From IMG/VR virus record IMGVR_UViG_3300036766_001793, positions 32,001 through 96,000 of that record: 64,000 nucleotides of DNA, one strand, 5' to 3'. Each line of letters opens with the position of its first letter. Within the stretch, counting starts at the first letter, position 1. Source of the DNA: a virus. The notes beneath the pieces are model-generated. The model worked only from the letters and a program-made list of their open reading frames with translations, made no database searches and was not told where the DNA came from. Both the position numbers and the translations under genes were made by a program. This document shows, piece after piece, positions 27,430 to 37,527 of this stretch.

Positions 27430-28539
27430 CTACCACACGTCCGGGATCCCGAGCGCCTCCGCGATGCTGGCCCTGCCGTGGGTCCTGTACGCGTTGACGA
27501 GTCCCGCCAGGCGGCCCTCCGCCTCCTCGGACCTCCCCCGGAGGCGGGCCGCCTCCCCCTGGGTGGTCGCCGCCAGCTCCGCGCGCTCCGCCGCCCCCAG
27601 GGCGCCCCTCAGCCTCCCGTACTCCGGGTCGCCCTCGGCCATCCGCCTCGCCACCCCGGCGGCCACCCGGCGCACCGCGGCCGGCAGCTCGCCGGCGACG
27701 AGGCCCTCCCTGCGGACTCCCGCCCCACGCAGCTCCCGGAGCGCCTCGTCGACGCCACCGGCCTCCCTGAGGTCCTCGAGCGCCCTGGCCGCCCTGTCCT
27801 CCCACCCGGCGGCGAACATGCCGCGGGCCCGCCGCGGCTCCGGGGTGCGGTCGGCCGCGCCCTGGTCGCGGGCCCAGTCGAGCATCCACCTGGCGGCCTG
27901 GGAGACAGCCTCGTCCGCCCCGGCGGCGTGCCCGCCGTACAGCAGCTCGGCGACCGGCCCGTTGTCGTGCGCCGCGGACATCGCCTGGTCTATAGCCAGG
28001 ACCTGCGACCTCCTGTCCCCGTGCGCCGAGGTCTCCAGGTCCCTGGTCACCTTCTCCAGGAGGGCGTTGAGCTCGGGCGACCTGCGGTAGAACGCGAAGA
28101 GGCGCTTGCGGGCCCGGCCCGCGAGGTCCTTGGCGAGCCTCCTGACCCCGTCGTCGCTCAGGTCGCTCACCCTCGAGTACTGGAGGATGCCGCCCGCCAT
28201 CTCGCGGACGTCCTGGGCCTCGAGCCGGCCCAGGCCCTCGGTGAACTCGTCCAGCCCGTGCCCGCTGGCCTGGCGGAACGCCTCGTCAGCGGTCGCCGGG
28301 GACGCCTCCTCCCCGGCCGCGGCGGTGCCACCGGTGCGCCTCCAGTAGCGCCCCCCGCGCGGCCCGGTCCACGTCGCCGCGCCGGCCGGGGGCCGGAACC
28401 TCTCGGGGTCGTAGTTCTTCCACTGGCCGTCGGCCTTGTAGATGGCCCACGACACGCGCTCGGCCATGTCCAGCCGCGCCCACATGGCCACCGCCGCCGA
28501 CAGCCTGAGGACCCTATCTACGCCCGTCACCAGTCCCAT
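27430..28539 (-). CDS. probable internal head protein
   Basis: IYK-ADG candidate cleavage site followed by a TGPRGGRYW motif; helical. Confidence 0.55.
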   Translation of the reverse strand: MGLVTGVDRVLRLSAAVAMWARLDMAERVSWAIYKADGQWKNYDPERFRPPAGAATWTGPRGGRYWRRTGGTAAAGEEASPATADEAFRQASGHGLDEFTEGLGRLEAQDVREMAGGILQYSRVSDLSDDGVRRLAKDLAGRARKRLFAFYRRSPELNALLEKVTRDLETSAHGDRRSQVLAIDQAMSAAHDNGPVAELLYGGHAAGADEAVSQAARWMLDWARDQGAADRTPEPRRARGMFAAGWEDRAARALEDLREAGGVDEALRELRGAGVRREGLVAGELPAAVRRVAAGVARRMAEGDPEYGRLRGALGAAERAELAATTQGEAARLRGRSEEAEGRLAGLVNAYRTHGRASIAEALGIPDVW

Positions 28540-28686
28540 TCACCGTATTCTAACCAGGCGCCCGCGGCGTCGGGACCTCTCCGGGGACGGCGCCGTGCGC
28601 CGCGGACGCGGCGAGGAGCCCGGCCCGGCCGCGGAAGTGCTCGACGAGCCGGCGGGCCCGCGCGCCGGCCGTGGCGGCCGCCCCTG

Positions 28687-29082
28687 TCACTGGCGGTGCC
28701 CCCTCAGGAAGGCCTCGGCCGACCCGGCGGTGCCGCCCTCCTCGAACGAGAGGCAGTACCCGTCGAACGTCAGCAGGCCGGCGCGCACCAGGGCGTCGAC
28801 GGCCCGCCCGAACTCGGCCGTGCCGAGCCAGCCGAGGCGGCCGACGACCCAGTCGGGCCCGAGGGCAGTCGGGTCGCCCTCGTCCCAGTCCTCCTCGGCG
28901 GCGAGCAGCGCGAGGGCGGCGTCCACCGACCCGAGCCTCGCGGCCGCGGCCGCGACGTCCGCGGCGGGGAGCTGGGCGAGCAGGTGCACCAGGGAGGCGG
29001 CGTCCGCCTCCTGGGCCTCGGTGAGCCCGGCCCAGCACGCCGGGTGGCCGCACTCGCAGCCCTGTTCGTCTTCCTCTGTCAT
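28687..29082 (-). CDS. hypothetical protein, possibly wHTH (leaderless)
   Basis: TATCCT-N6-ATG; FGRAVDALVRAGLL. Confidence 0.55.
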   Translation of the reverse strand: MTEEDEQGCECGHPACWAGLTEAQEADAASLVHLLAQLPAADVAAAAARLGSVDAALALLAAEEDWDEGDPTALGPDWVVGRLGWLGTAEFGRAVDALVRAGLLTFDGYCLSFEEGGTAGSAEAFLRGHRQ

Positions 29083-29086
29083 GCCA

Positions 29087-29341
29087 CTAGGATACCGGGC
29101 TGCCTCCCGTCACATCGCCGTCCCACCGGGTCCGTGGCAGCCCAGGCCATCCCGTCGCCCTGTAGTAGTCCTCGAACGCTGCCAAAAGGAGCGGGAGATG
29201 GTCCAAGAATATCTCCGCCTCCGCTCTCGCGCTCTCGGCGCCCCACCGGATGATCCCCTCCTCCGTCTCGCCGCGCCTCAGGCGCCTCCTGACGTTGCCC
29301 TCGCTCAGGCCCGAGGCCTCGGCCAGCTCCGCCGCCGTCAC
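29087..29341 (-). CDS. small HTH protein
   Basis: TAAELAEASGLSEGNVRRRL. Confidence 0.6.
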   Translation of the reverse strand: MTAAELAEASGLSEGNVRRRLRRGETEEGIIRWGAESARAEAEIFLDHLPLLLAAFEDYYRATGWPGLPRTRWDGDVTGGSPVS

Positions 29342-29649
29342 GGCGCCGTCCCGCCGAGCCGTGCGCCCCTCTCTAGGAGTGGCGCCATCGCCACGTCGGG
29401 GTGGCGCGAGAGGCGGCCCACCGCATCCATAGGAACATTAGCGCACAGCGTCCGCCGCGACGCGGAGGACTCGGTAATTACGCCGGTGAGGCTCCATACG
29501 AGGTCTTCCACCGGGCGGAACCCCTCCATCCGCGGCCCCGGCTCAAGGTCGTCCCTAAGCCTAATCCCCACATCCGGGAACCATTTCAGCCTGGCCGCCA
29601 GCTCGGGGGAGACCCGATCGGTATCCGTCAGGTCGTAGTCGAGCGTCAT
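29338..29649 (-). CDS. hypothetical protein
   Basis: ATGA-coupled to the HNH stop. Confidence 0.5.
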   Translation of the reverse strand: MTLDYDLTDTDRVSPELAARLKWFPDVGIRLRDDLEPGPRMEGFRPVEDLVWSLTGVITESSASRRTLCANVPMDAVGRLSRHPDVAMAPLLERGARLGGTAP

Positions 29650-30353
29650 AGTGGCCCCCTTCTCGCCGTCAACATGCCGAGGTCGGAGGGCCACTCGTTC
29701 TTGCGGTGGCCGCCCAGGTGGCAGGGCGTGCACAGGGTCGCTAGGTTCCCGGGCTGGCAATCCCGCTTGTCGTAGTTCAGGTGGTGCGCGTGCGGGCTCC
29801 CGCCGCGGAGGTCCGCCCCGCACAGGGCGCACGCGTACCCGTCCCTCTCCCAGACCCTGCGCCGGGTCCTGGGCCACCCCGGCGGGTACGCCTGGCCCGC
29901 CGCCGGCGCCCTCCCGTGGGCCCGGCAGCACCCCTTGACCCTGGCGAGCGAGGGGGAGGTGACGATGACCGCGTCGCAGCCGGGGTAGTGGCAGGTGCGT
30001 GAGACAGACTGGTCCTTGTTGGGAGGTTTGGCTCCCTTCGGCCATTTCCAGCTCTTCCCTTTGGTCGTGCCGCCCGCCAGGCGTCTGGGGTCGTCCTCGG
30101 GCCATTTATGACCCAGAGTTGGGGTCTTGCCGGCCCTCTTCTCTCGCAGCTTTGACTTGGTCTCGTCGCTGTGGACGCCGCACCCGCACCCCTCCTGGCA
30201 CGGCTGGCGGCCGGCGGGCTCGATCCCGAGCCTCTTGAATGCGTAGCTCACAGCGGAGACAGAGCACCCGACCTCCTCTGCGACGTGCCTCAGGGGCTCC
30301 TCTGCCCTGGCGATGACCCAGTCCTGGTCTGCTAGCTGCGGATACCTTGGCAC
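29646..30353 (-). CDS. free-standing HNH homing endonuclease (HTH + NUMOD-like + HNH)
   Basis: RDGYACALCG...HAHHLNYDKRD...NLATLCTPCH; HSDETKSKL; TATCAT-N6-GTG. Confidence 0.88.
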   Translation of the reverse strand: MPRYPQLADQDWVIARAEEPLRHVAEEVGCSVSAVSYAFKRLGIEPAGRQPCQEGCGCGVHSDETKSKLREKRAGKTPTLGHKWPEDDPRRLAGGTTKGKSWKWPKGAKPPNKDQSVSRTCHYPGCDAVIVTSPSLARVKGCCRAHGRAPAAGQAYPPGWPRTRRRVWERDGYACALCGADLRGGSPHAHHLNYDKRDCQPGNLATLCTPCHLGGHRKNEWPSDLGMLTARRGPL

Positions 30354-30460
30354 GCTCACATGATACCGGATCCACCGACGGACAGGGTGCAGGAAGTAGC
30401 AAAGGCTCGCTCTGCGCTCCATTGATGTCAGTATTAGGTGTCTTTATTATTGGACCATGG

Positions 30461-30492
30461 ATAGCAAGAGGCCCGCATCTCTGCGGGCCTCT
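30461..30492 (-). terminator. terminator after the capsid gene
   Basis: AGAGGCCCGCA gaga TGCGGGCCTCT hairpin. Confidence 0.7.
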
Positions 30493-30519
30493 GGTGGTCG
30501 TCGTTGCTGGCGCTTGGGA

Positions 30520-31938
30520 CTAGGTCAGGTTTAGCCCATCGGAAAGATCCGTGATCTTGCTCTGCTTGACGAAGTCGTAGCAGCGCAGCTGGAGACTCGT
30601 GAGAAATATGCCCTTTATCCCAAGCATATTGTTCTGCAGGTAGTCCCTCGACTCGAGGTACTGCGTGGTGAACAGCACCGGGAGCTCCAGGAACCTGGTG
30701 TCGAGGACGTACACGTTGGCGCCGCGCCTCGAGTCGCCGTTCGCGGCGAGCTGGTAGGAGGTGGCGGAGTCGAAGTCGTGGAAGAGCGGGATGCCCTTGT
30801 AGGTCGCTACCTGGAAGCCGGTCGGGTAGCCGAGGAGCGTGCCCTCCCCGCCCTGCTTCACCTGGAAGGTGCCCTCCCCGATGAAGTGCTGGTTGGCCTG
30901 CAGGATGGTGCCGAGCCGGGTGACCTGCTCGATGCCGGTGTAGATGAGGTCCGGCTCGCCGGCGTTGCGGCGGACGCTGTCGATGGCCTGGTCGATCATG
31001 CCGGTGCTGAGGTGCCTGAGGGCCCCCGCGCCCTGCGAGAAGACCTGGCTGGCGCTCCAGGCGGCCGGGTCGCGGTCGGCGGTGACCAGCGAGCCGTAGC
31101 CCGCGGCCTCGGCGCCGGAGAACCCGGTCCCGTTGACGTTCAGCCCCGTGACGTTCACGACGTCGTCGAGGGACGAGAGGCCCGCCCTCTGGCGGACGTA
31201 CAGGATGCGGTCGGTCGTGGTCGTCTGGTCGAACTGCAGCGTGGTGCTGAGGCCGCCGACGGTCACGACGATGTCCTGGGACTGGCCCGCCTCGCGGAGG
31301 ACGTCGCCCTCGGTGAGCCAGGAGGCGTCGACCACGGCGACGTTGTTGTTGGCGGCGGCGCCGGTGACGACGCGCTGGTTAGAGGACGCGACCAGCATCT
31401 GGTTGACCCTCTTGATGTGGTCGATCATCGCGGTCTCCTGGGCGACGGCGAGGGCGTCCCCGATGCCGCCTTCGAGCGTCCCGAGGAACTGGGCCAGCGC
31501 CGAGACGCCGAGGGAGGTCACGATGAAGACCGGCTGGACGTACACCGTCTGGAGCGTCGGGCTCGCGATGGTCGGCAGGGCGCCGATCTCGGAGACCGCC
31601 CTCGTCGAAGTGTTGCGGCCGGACCTGATCCTGTAACCAGTGGTGTTGCCCCACGCGACCTTGCGGATCAAGTTGAAGACGCGGGTCTGGCTGTTGAGCG
31701 AGTCCCACACCTTCGAGCCGAAGGTATTCGTGAAGAAGGACGTCCCGATGACCGGCGAGCCGGCGGAGGTGATGTCCTTGGAGAGGACCGAGCTGCCGGG
31801 CCCGAAGTACCCGTAGTTCAGATCGACCCCGCTGCCACCAGGGGTGCGCTGCAGCCAGTCGGCGATGCTGCGGGGCTGGTAGATGCCGGTCCCGAACCCG
31901 TCGGCCTTGGAAATCGTGGAAGCTGGAATTGACGTCAT
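30520..31938 (-). CDS. major capsid protein (HK97 fold)
   Basis: follows the acidic scaffold; extreme GC3; FGSKVWDSLN, PDLIYTG, YKGIPL, VYVLDT motifs. Confidence 0.88.
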   Translation of the reverse strand: MTSIPASTISKADGFGTGIYQPRSIADWLQRTPGGSGVDLNYGYFGPGSSVLSKDITSAGSPVIGTSFFTNTFGSKVWDSLNSQTRVFNLIRKVAWGNTTGYRIRSGRNTSTRAVSEIGALPTIASPTLQTVYVQPVFIVTSLGVSALAQFLGTLEGGIGDALAVAQETAMIDHIKRVNQMLVASSNQRVVTGAAANNNVAVVDASWLTEGDVLREAGQSQDIVVTVGGLSTTLQFDQTTTTDRILYVRQRAGLSSLDDVVNVTGLNVNGTGFSGAEAAGYGSLVTADRDPAAWSASQVFSQGAGALRHLSTGMIDQAIDSVRRNAGEPDLIYTGIEQVTRLGTILQANQHFIGEGTFQVKQGGEGTLLGYPTGFQVATYKGIPLFHDFDSATSYQLAANGDSRRGANVYVLDTRFLELPVLFTTQYLESRDYLQNNMLGIKGIFLTSLQLRCYDFVKQSKITDLSDGLNLT

Positions 31939-31970
31939 TTTCGTGTGCTCTCCTGCAGTCCCTGATGGGC

Positions 31971-32846
31971 TTAGATGACGCCAGCCGGCAGATCGCCGAG
32001 CTCCACGCGGAGCCTGTTGATCTCGCTGAACGAGCGGTTCCTGAGGCCCTTCGACAGCTCGGCCATGTCGACCGCGCGCTCGGACTTATCAAGCTTGGAC
32101 GATGACCCGACGCCGGGGGCGACGGACTTGTTGATGCGGCTGACGCCGGCGGCGTCCAGGGCCTGCCTGACGCCGCGGTTGATCATGGCCTCCAGCCGGG
32201 CCGCGGTCACGAAGGTGCCCTGGCCCTTGCTGATCGGGCCCGGACCGGCGCCTGGGCCGCCCTGGACGATGGTGTCGTCCTCGCCCGGGTTCGTCTGGTC
32301 GTAGGGCCGGTTGCCTGGGGCGGTGTCGTCCTTCTCGCCGAAGCTCGAGGCCGCGTCGTCCTTGGCGACCTTGGAGCCGGCCTTGCTCGTCTTGGGCCCC
32401 TTGGACTTGCTGGCCTTGGACTTGCTGGTCCTGGCGAGGTTCAGGGCGTCCTCGTCCATGTCCTGGACGTCCATCGGGTCCTGCTCGCCCTCGTCCTCGT
32501 CCTCGGCCTCGTCATCGAAGCCCTCGTCGTCGAAGTCCTTCGTGAGCATGGCCTTCTGGACCTTGGCCAGAGCGTTGACGCTCTTGGCCAGCGCCCCGAG
32601 GCTCTGCTCGATGCGGCCCATCCTGTCGTCCGAGGAGGCCAGTTTCGTGCGCGGGCCGTGGACCCTCTTGCCCTTGTAGGCCAGGTCGTCCATGTCGTCC
32701 GCGGCGTCCCCCTCGGCCATGTCGTCGTAGTACTCGTTATCGCCGGTGCCCTGGTCACCCATGCTGCCGGTCGGGTCCCCGCCGAAGCCGTCGTCGCCGT
32801 CCTCCGGATTCGGGGCCAGCTTGATGAGGGTGCTCGTCTTTGACAC
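31971..32846 (-). CDS. capsid scaffolding protein
   Basis: acidic and disordered with a coiled coil; directly upstream of the MCP. Confidence 0.75.
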   Translation of the reverse strand: MSKTSTLIKLAPNPEDGDDGFGGDPTGSMGDQGTGDNEYYDDMAEGDAADDMDDLAYKGKRVHGPRTKLASSDDRMGRIEQSLGALAKSVNALAKVQKAMLTKDFDDEGFDDEAEDEDEGEQDPMDVQDMDEDALNLARTSKSKASKSKGPKTSKAGSKVAKDDAASSFGEKDDTAPGNRPYDQTNPGEDDTIVQGGPGAGPGPISKGQGTFVTAARLEAMINRGVRQALDAAGVSRINKSVAPGVGSSSKLDKSERAVDMAELSKGLRNRSFSEINRLRVELGDLPAGVI

Positions 32847-32939
32847 TGTTCAGTTCTCCTGTGCGCCCTTGCTTCCGGGCGCCCCCGGTGGGACGCACGT
32901 CGAGAGTATGTTACGCATGCTCCTTTGGGTAACGAAACC

Positions 32940-33323
32940 CTACTGGGCCCTGGCGCTCGGGTACACTTCAAAGATGGCCCTCTGCGAGAGCTGCTCCCTG
33001 CCGCTAGGGAAGAGGACCGATACCTGGATCACGTACCATCCGGGGTCCACCGGGACGGCGGATGCTGGGCTCCCGAGGGCCCAGTCGTACTCGGCCTCGC
33101 CCTTGGAGGCGTTGACGATGGTCATGGGCGCCCTGGCGAGCTCCGGCCCAAGGGGCGCCTTCCGGCGCGGATCCCACCGCCTCACGATCCCCTCGACGTA
33201 CGCCTCTCCGCCGAGGTTGACGTAGCCCCCGGAGTCCCACAGGAGGACGACCGAGATCGCCGGCCCGGTGTCCCCCGCGAACATCGGGCCGAACTTGACC
33301 GGAACCGCTATCTGCTCTGCCAT
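32940..33323 (-). CDS. BppU N-terminal-like Ig adaptor
   Basis: GDT.P...L.D..G.VNL.G...GEAEYDW...PGWY...V.FP.G. Confidence 0.7.
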   Translation of the reverse strand: MAEQIAVPVKFGPMFAGDTGPAISVVLLWDSGGYVNLGGEAYVEGIVRRWDPRRKAPLGPELARAPMTIVNASKGEAEYDWALGSPASAVPVDPGWYVIQVSVLFPSGREQLSQRAIFEVYPSARAQ

Positions 33324-33339
33324 CGCACCATTCTAGCCT

Positions 33340-36300
33340 CTAGCCCGCTGGATTGGAAGGCACAGCCGGCTCGTTGGTGCCCTCCATCCTGAGCCTGACG
33401 CGCCCGTAGTGCATCAGGAGCCTGACCGTCAGGCTGGACGTGACCGCGACCGACAGGGCCTCGGAGGCCGACGCCGAGTCGCCAGCGACGGAGTTAACGC
33501 CTGGTCGATCGACGGCGACGGCGGACTCCGCGAGGGCAATGCTGACGGCCAAGCCCTCCGAAGCGCCACCGGAGTCGCTGCTTGCGATGTCTATGATGGA
33601 CAGGATGACGGACAGGATGCCCAGGCCCCGGAGCGAGACCGTCGGGGTCTGGTCCCCGGTCGCCGCCGCGAGGTTCTCGCGGATGTCAGTCCACGCGCCG
33701 TCCGGGGGGTCGTCCATCCTCCAGGCCGGGGCCGAGTCGTTCTGGAGGCCGACGTACAGGGCCCTCGACCTGTGGTCGTAGGCCACGGCCGAGAGCAGCG
33801 ACGGCCGGTAGGGGTCTATCGGGTCGCCCACGTCCTGGAGCGTCCTCCAGCCCTGGCCCTCAGACTGCGACAGCAGTATCCTGGCGCTCCGCGCCAGGAA
33901 GCTCGGGTCGCGCCTGACCGCGTATATGGAGGATCCGCGCCTGGTCGCATCGACGAACGGCGCCCCATCGCCGTACTGCTGCGCGACTGCCCAGGTGGCT
34001 CCACTATCGTCCGAGGTCCACAGTGTGGCTGGGCCAGGCTGGTGGACCCCGATAGAGGATCCCGTTACATTATAGAATGCCACGAAGCCATATGTCCTAG
34101 GCGGAGTTACATTGCCGACCGCTGGGTAGGACGGTATCAAGATCAGGCCACCGACTATCTCCAGGGCATGCGATGTAGCGGCTACGCTAGGCGAAGCCGA
34201 CACAAAGGTCGGGGTGTTCGAGAAGCAGTCGTACTTTCTCAAGCCGCTGTTAGTGTAGCCACCGCCAGGATATAGCACGTAGGCCGCGTCCTGGTAGGCG
34301 GCGACGGCCGACACGAACCCTGGAACGCTGACGGCCCCGAGCCGCGCCATCGGCCCCGAGATCCCCACCTTGACCAGCTTGGAGTCCCCCGACCCCGGGT
34401 AGACGGTCACGAACAGGGCTGTGCCCTCGCCGGACACGGCGCATCCTGGGGTCCCGGCGTCCTCCCCGGAATCCAGCGTGAGGGCCGAGTCGCGCGTCGG
34501 GAGCGGTCCCGAGATGTCCACCTTCACGATTCTGGCTGGGGCGGTCCTCGTGACCGCGTACAGGAAGGACCCGCTCGCAGAGAGCCCGGAGGGCTCGGCC
34601 TCGCCGGCGTCGAGCGTGAGGCCCCCGTCCCTGACCATGGCCGTCGGGTCGGAGACGTCCACCTTGACTATGGTCCCTGGCGTCTTGAGGAAGGCCAGGT
34701 AGAGGTAGCTGCCCACGAGAACCGCCGACGACGGGTGGTCCTCGCCTGCGCCGAGGGCCAGCGTGCCAGCCACGCCGACGGGCTCGGTCGAGATCTGGAT
34801 CGCCGTCACGGTGGCTGGCGCCCCGGAGTCCACGACAAAAACGTGCGTGTCGTTCCCGACCGCGGTGACAACCGAGGCTCCGGTCAGGTGGTGATATTGA
34901 GATATGTTAGGGCCATAACTGAACCACCCGTCCGCGGTGATCCCCCACTTCCTCCCGGTGGAGGTGGCCCCCGCCGCCACGGCGGTCTGCGTGGAAGGAG
35001 AGGACCCTCCAGGAGTAGGAAATGAGATTATAAAGGAATTCCCATTAGAGAAGTCACTCCCTATCCGCACGTCGGCCCTGGTCCCGCCGAAGACGAGCCT
35101 CCCGCCGGCGGCGCCCACCGTGACGCTGTCGGTGTGCAGGGCGCCGGGGCCGGGATAGTGGGATACCTGGCCGACGGCCGGCAGGGCTACGGACCAGCTC
35201 TGCCCGCCGTCACGGCTCGCGGCCACCTGCAGCTCGTCGGAGAACCTAGAGCCGCGCGCGACGCCCAGGGCGGCCACGCGCAGCGGGTCGTCCGGGTCGC
35301 AGACGACGTGCGCGTAGCTCGGGTAGCTGCCGCCCGTCCCGTAGGCCTGGTCGTCCATGACGCGGCCCCAGGTGAGCCCGCGGTCGGCCGACCTGAAGAC
35401 CTGCCTCTGGACGACCGCCCACCCGCGCGGGCCGACCCCGTCCGCGTGCCCGAGGGGGTCCGGCGACGCAGGCCGCCCGCCGTCGTTCCCCACGCCGTAC
35501 AGGGAGCCGCCCGCCGCCAGGGCGATGCACGCCATCTGCGGCGGCCCGGCCGGCGCGAAGGCCCTTCCGCCGTCCCCGCTGCGCATGAGCGGCCCCCAGG
35601 CGGTCGGGCCGGTCGGGGTGCAGGCGAACACCACGCCCTTGTAGGAGACGTCGAGGTCCTCGAAGGCGAACAGCCTCGTGCGGGCCTCGTCCTGGACCGG
35701 CCCGCGGGCCTCCCAGCTGTCGCGGACGCCGGAGTGCACGTCGACCAGGCCGCCGGCGGCGGCCATGATCGCGTAGCGGACCCTGTTCTGCGCCTGGTCC
35801 GCGTAGGACCCGAGGACCCCGAAGGTCTCGAGCGCCGCCGCGCGGTCGGAGAACCGGAGGTCGAGGGCGAAGGCCTCGGCCGCCGACCCGGAGTCCGAGA
35901 CGTCCGGGCCGGCCCTGACGGAGTCCTCGCCGCGGACGGCCTCCGGGAGGAGGACAGTGAGCGAGAGCCGCTCCGCCGCGACTGCCGACAGGTCCCCCAC
36001 GGTCTGCGGCTCCGACAGGATCTGCTTGACCATGTCGAGCACCTCCGAGACCGAGCCGGACTCGGAGACGGGGACGGGAACGCCCGAGATCGTCACATCG
36101 GCGGCCATGCCTGAGTCGTCGACAAACACGTCCACCGTGACGAGAACCATATCCGCACCGATGGCCTCCTCAGAGGCCGCAGACCCGACTGTGAAGGCGA
36201 ACGACTCGGCCGCCGAGGCGGCGTCGAGGGCCGAGCGCCCTATCGGCCCGACGGAGTCCGAGGCGGATGCCGAGTCAGAGACCGACCTCGCCTCGCCGGC

Positions 36301-37527
36301 GGTGGGCACGACGTCGACCGCCGTGGCCGAGTCCGAGACCATCGGCCCGGCCACCAGGGCCTCGAGGGCGGCGGAGGTGTCCGCCACGTTCTTGAAGATG
36401 GCGACCGCGACCGAGGCGAGGTAGACCGTGTACCCGTCCAGCCCGGGGTCGACGCCCTCGGCCCACTGCAGCACCAGGCAGTTGTAGTCGCTGACGTCGC
36501 GCCCGAGCCTCAATCCCCGCCACGCGCTCGCGCCTGGGTCAGTGTCGAGGTCGTACCTCGTCGAGAGGTCGGAGGTGTAGGAGATCCTGAGCTTCCGCTG
36601 GTCGCCCGAGACGGTCTCCGTCCAGCCGACGATCCACTGGCCGAAGTACCTGGAGACGGCCTGCGAGGCCGCCTGGGCGGCCACCGTCTGGGCGGCCCCG
36701 AGAGCGTTGGTCTGGGCCTCCCAGGTCCTGAACTTGGCCGTGCCGCCCTCGACGTAGGCGATGCCGAGCCTCCCGTTGGGGGCGTCGTCAGGGTCGGGGT
36801 TCCACGCCGCGTCAAGCGGCGCCGCCGGCGTTGGGGTGACGAAGAAGGTCTGCGCGGCGACCCACGCGAGGAGGTGCTGGGTGGGGGACAGGACGGTCGC
36901 CGACCTGGAGATCCTCACGAACCCGTCTAGCTCGAACAGGAGCCCCCACCACTCCACCCCGGGGAGGAACCTCAGGACGGGCTGGATCGGCTGGGCGCCG
37001 ACGGCCGCCGCCATGGCGTCCGACGCGGTGGCGGAGCTCAGGTCGAACGGGGCGTTGGAGGCGAGGGCCCTCATGACCGCCTGGGTCGCCGTCTTCTTGT
37101 AGAAGGCGGCGGCGAGGTAGCCGTTCGAGTCGACGTCCACCACGGCGTTCGAGAGCCCCTGGGACGCGGACCCTGCCTCGACGACCGCCTCGCCGGTCGC
37201 TGCCCACCCGGACCCGTTCCAGACGAGCACCCGGTACCAGACGCCCCACGCCGAGCTGAGCGCCGGGTCCCCGGGCCTGCTGTAGACGAGGTGGACGTCG
37301 CCGGTCCCGCGGTTCATCGCGCCGGCGGGGAGGACGTCCTGCCTGCTGCTGATCTGGGACTCAGCCTCCCAGGTCTGCCCGAGGTCCGAGGACGCGCGCA
37401 TGACGAGGCCTGTCGCCCCGAGCGAGCCGGCCTGGTAGACGGCGAGCACGGTCCTCGAGATGGGGTGGGCGAAGAGAGCGGCCGCCCCGGGCGGGGAGGT
37501 CGCGGACGGCGAGGAGGACAGGCTCAC
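33340..37527 (-). CDS. large fibre/adhesin: BNR (Asp-box) propellers, (D/E)SxxAx(D/E) repeat shaft and inserted propeller
   Basis: SSDLGQTW, SADRGLTW, SRDGGQSW, SDDSGATW Asp-boxes; SDSASASDS-type repeats; GTGA-coupled start. Confidence 0.75.
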   Translation of the reverse strand: MSLSSSPSATSPPGAAALFAHPISRTVLAVYQAGSLGATGLVMRASSDLGQTWEAESQISSRQDVLPAGAMNRGTGDVHLVYSRPGDPALSSAWGVWYRVLVWNGSGWAATGEAVVEAGSASQGLSNAVVDVDSNGYLAAAFYKKTATQAVMRALASNAPFDLSSATASDAMAAAVGAQPIQPVLRFLPGVEWWGLLFELDGFVRISRSATVLSPTQHLLAWVAAQTFFVTPTPAAPLDAAWNPDPDDAPNGRLGIAYVEGGTAKFRTWEAQTNALGAAQTVAAQAASQAVSRYFGQWIVGWTETVSGDQRKLRISYTSDLSTRYDLDTDPGASAWRGLRLGRDVSDYNCLVLQWAEGVDPGLDGYTVYLASVAVAIFKNVADTSAALEALVAGPMVSDSATAVDVVPTAGEARSVSDSASASDSVGPIGRSALDAASAAESFAFTVGSAASEEAIGADMVLVTVDVFVDDSGMAADVTISGVPVPVSESGSVSEVLDMVKQILSEPQTVGDLSAVAAERLSLTVLLPEAVRGEDSVRAGPDVSDSGSAAEAFALDLRFSDRAAALETFGVLGSYADQAQNRVRYAIMAAAGGLVDVHSGVRDSWEARGPVQDEARTRLFAFEDLDVSYKGVVFACTPTGPTAWGPLMRSGDGGRAFAPAGPPQMACIALAAGGSLYGVGNDGGRPASPDPLGHADGVGPRGWAVVQRQVFRSADRGLTWGRVMDDQAYGTGGSYPSYAHVVCDPDDPLRVAALGVARGSRFSDELQVAASRDGGQSWSVALPAVGQVSHYPGPGALHTDSVTVGAAGGRLVFGGTRADVRIGSDFSNGNSFIISFPTPGGSSPSTQTAVAAGATSTGRKWGITADGWFSYGPNISQYHHLTGASVVTAVGNDTHVFVVDSGAPATVTAIQISTEPVGVAGTLALGAGEDHPSSAVLVGSYLYLAFLKTPGTIVKVDVSDPTAMVRDGGLTLDAGEAEPSGLSASGSFLYAVTRTAPARIVKVDISGPLPTRDSALTLDSGEDAGTPGCAVSGEGTALFVTVYPGSGDSKLVKVGISGPMARLGAVSVPGFVSAVAAYQDAAYVLYPGGGYTNSGLRKYDCFSNTPTFVSASPSVAATSHALEIVGGLILIPSYPAVGNVTPPRTYGFVAFYNVTGSSIGVHQPGPATLWTSDDSGATWAVAQQYGDGAPFVDATRRGSSIYAVRRDPSFLARSARILLSQSEGQGWRTLQDVGDPIDPYRPSLLSAVAYDHRSRALYVGLQNDSAPAWRMDDPPDGAWTDIRENLAAATGDQTPTVSLRGLGILSVILSIIDIASSDSGGASEGLAVSIALAESAVAVDRPGVNSVAGDSASASEALSVAVTSSLTVRLLMHYGRVRLRMEGTNEPAVPSNPAG

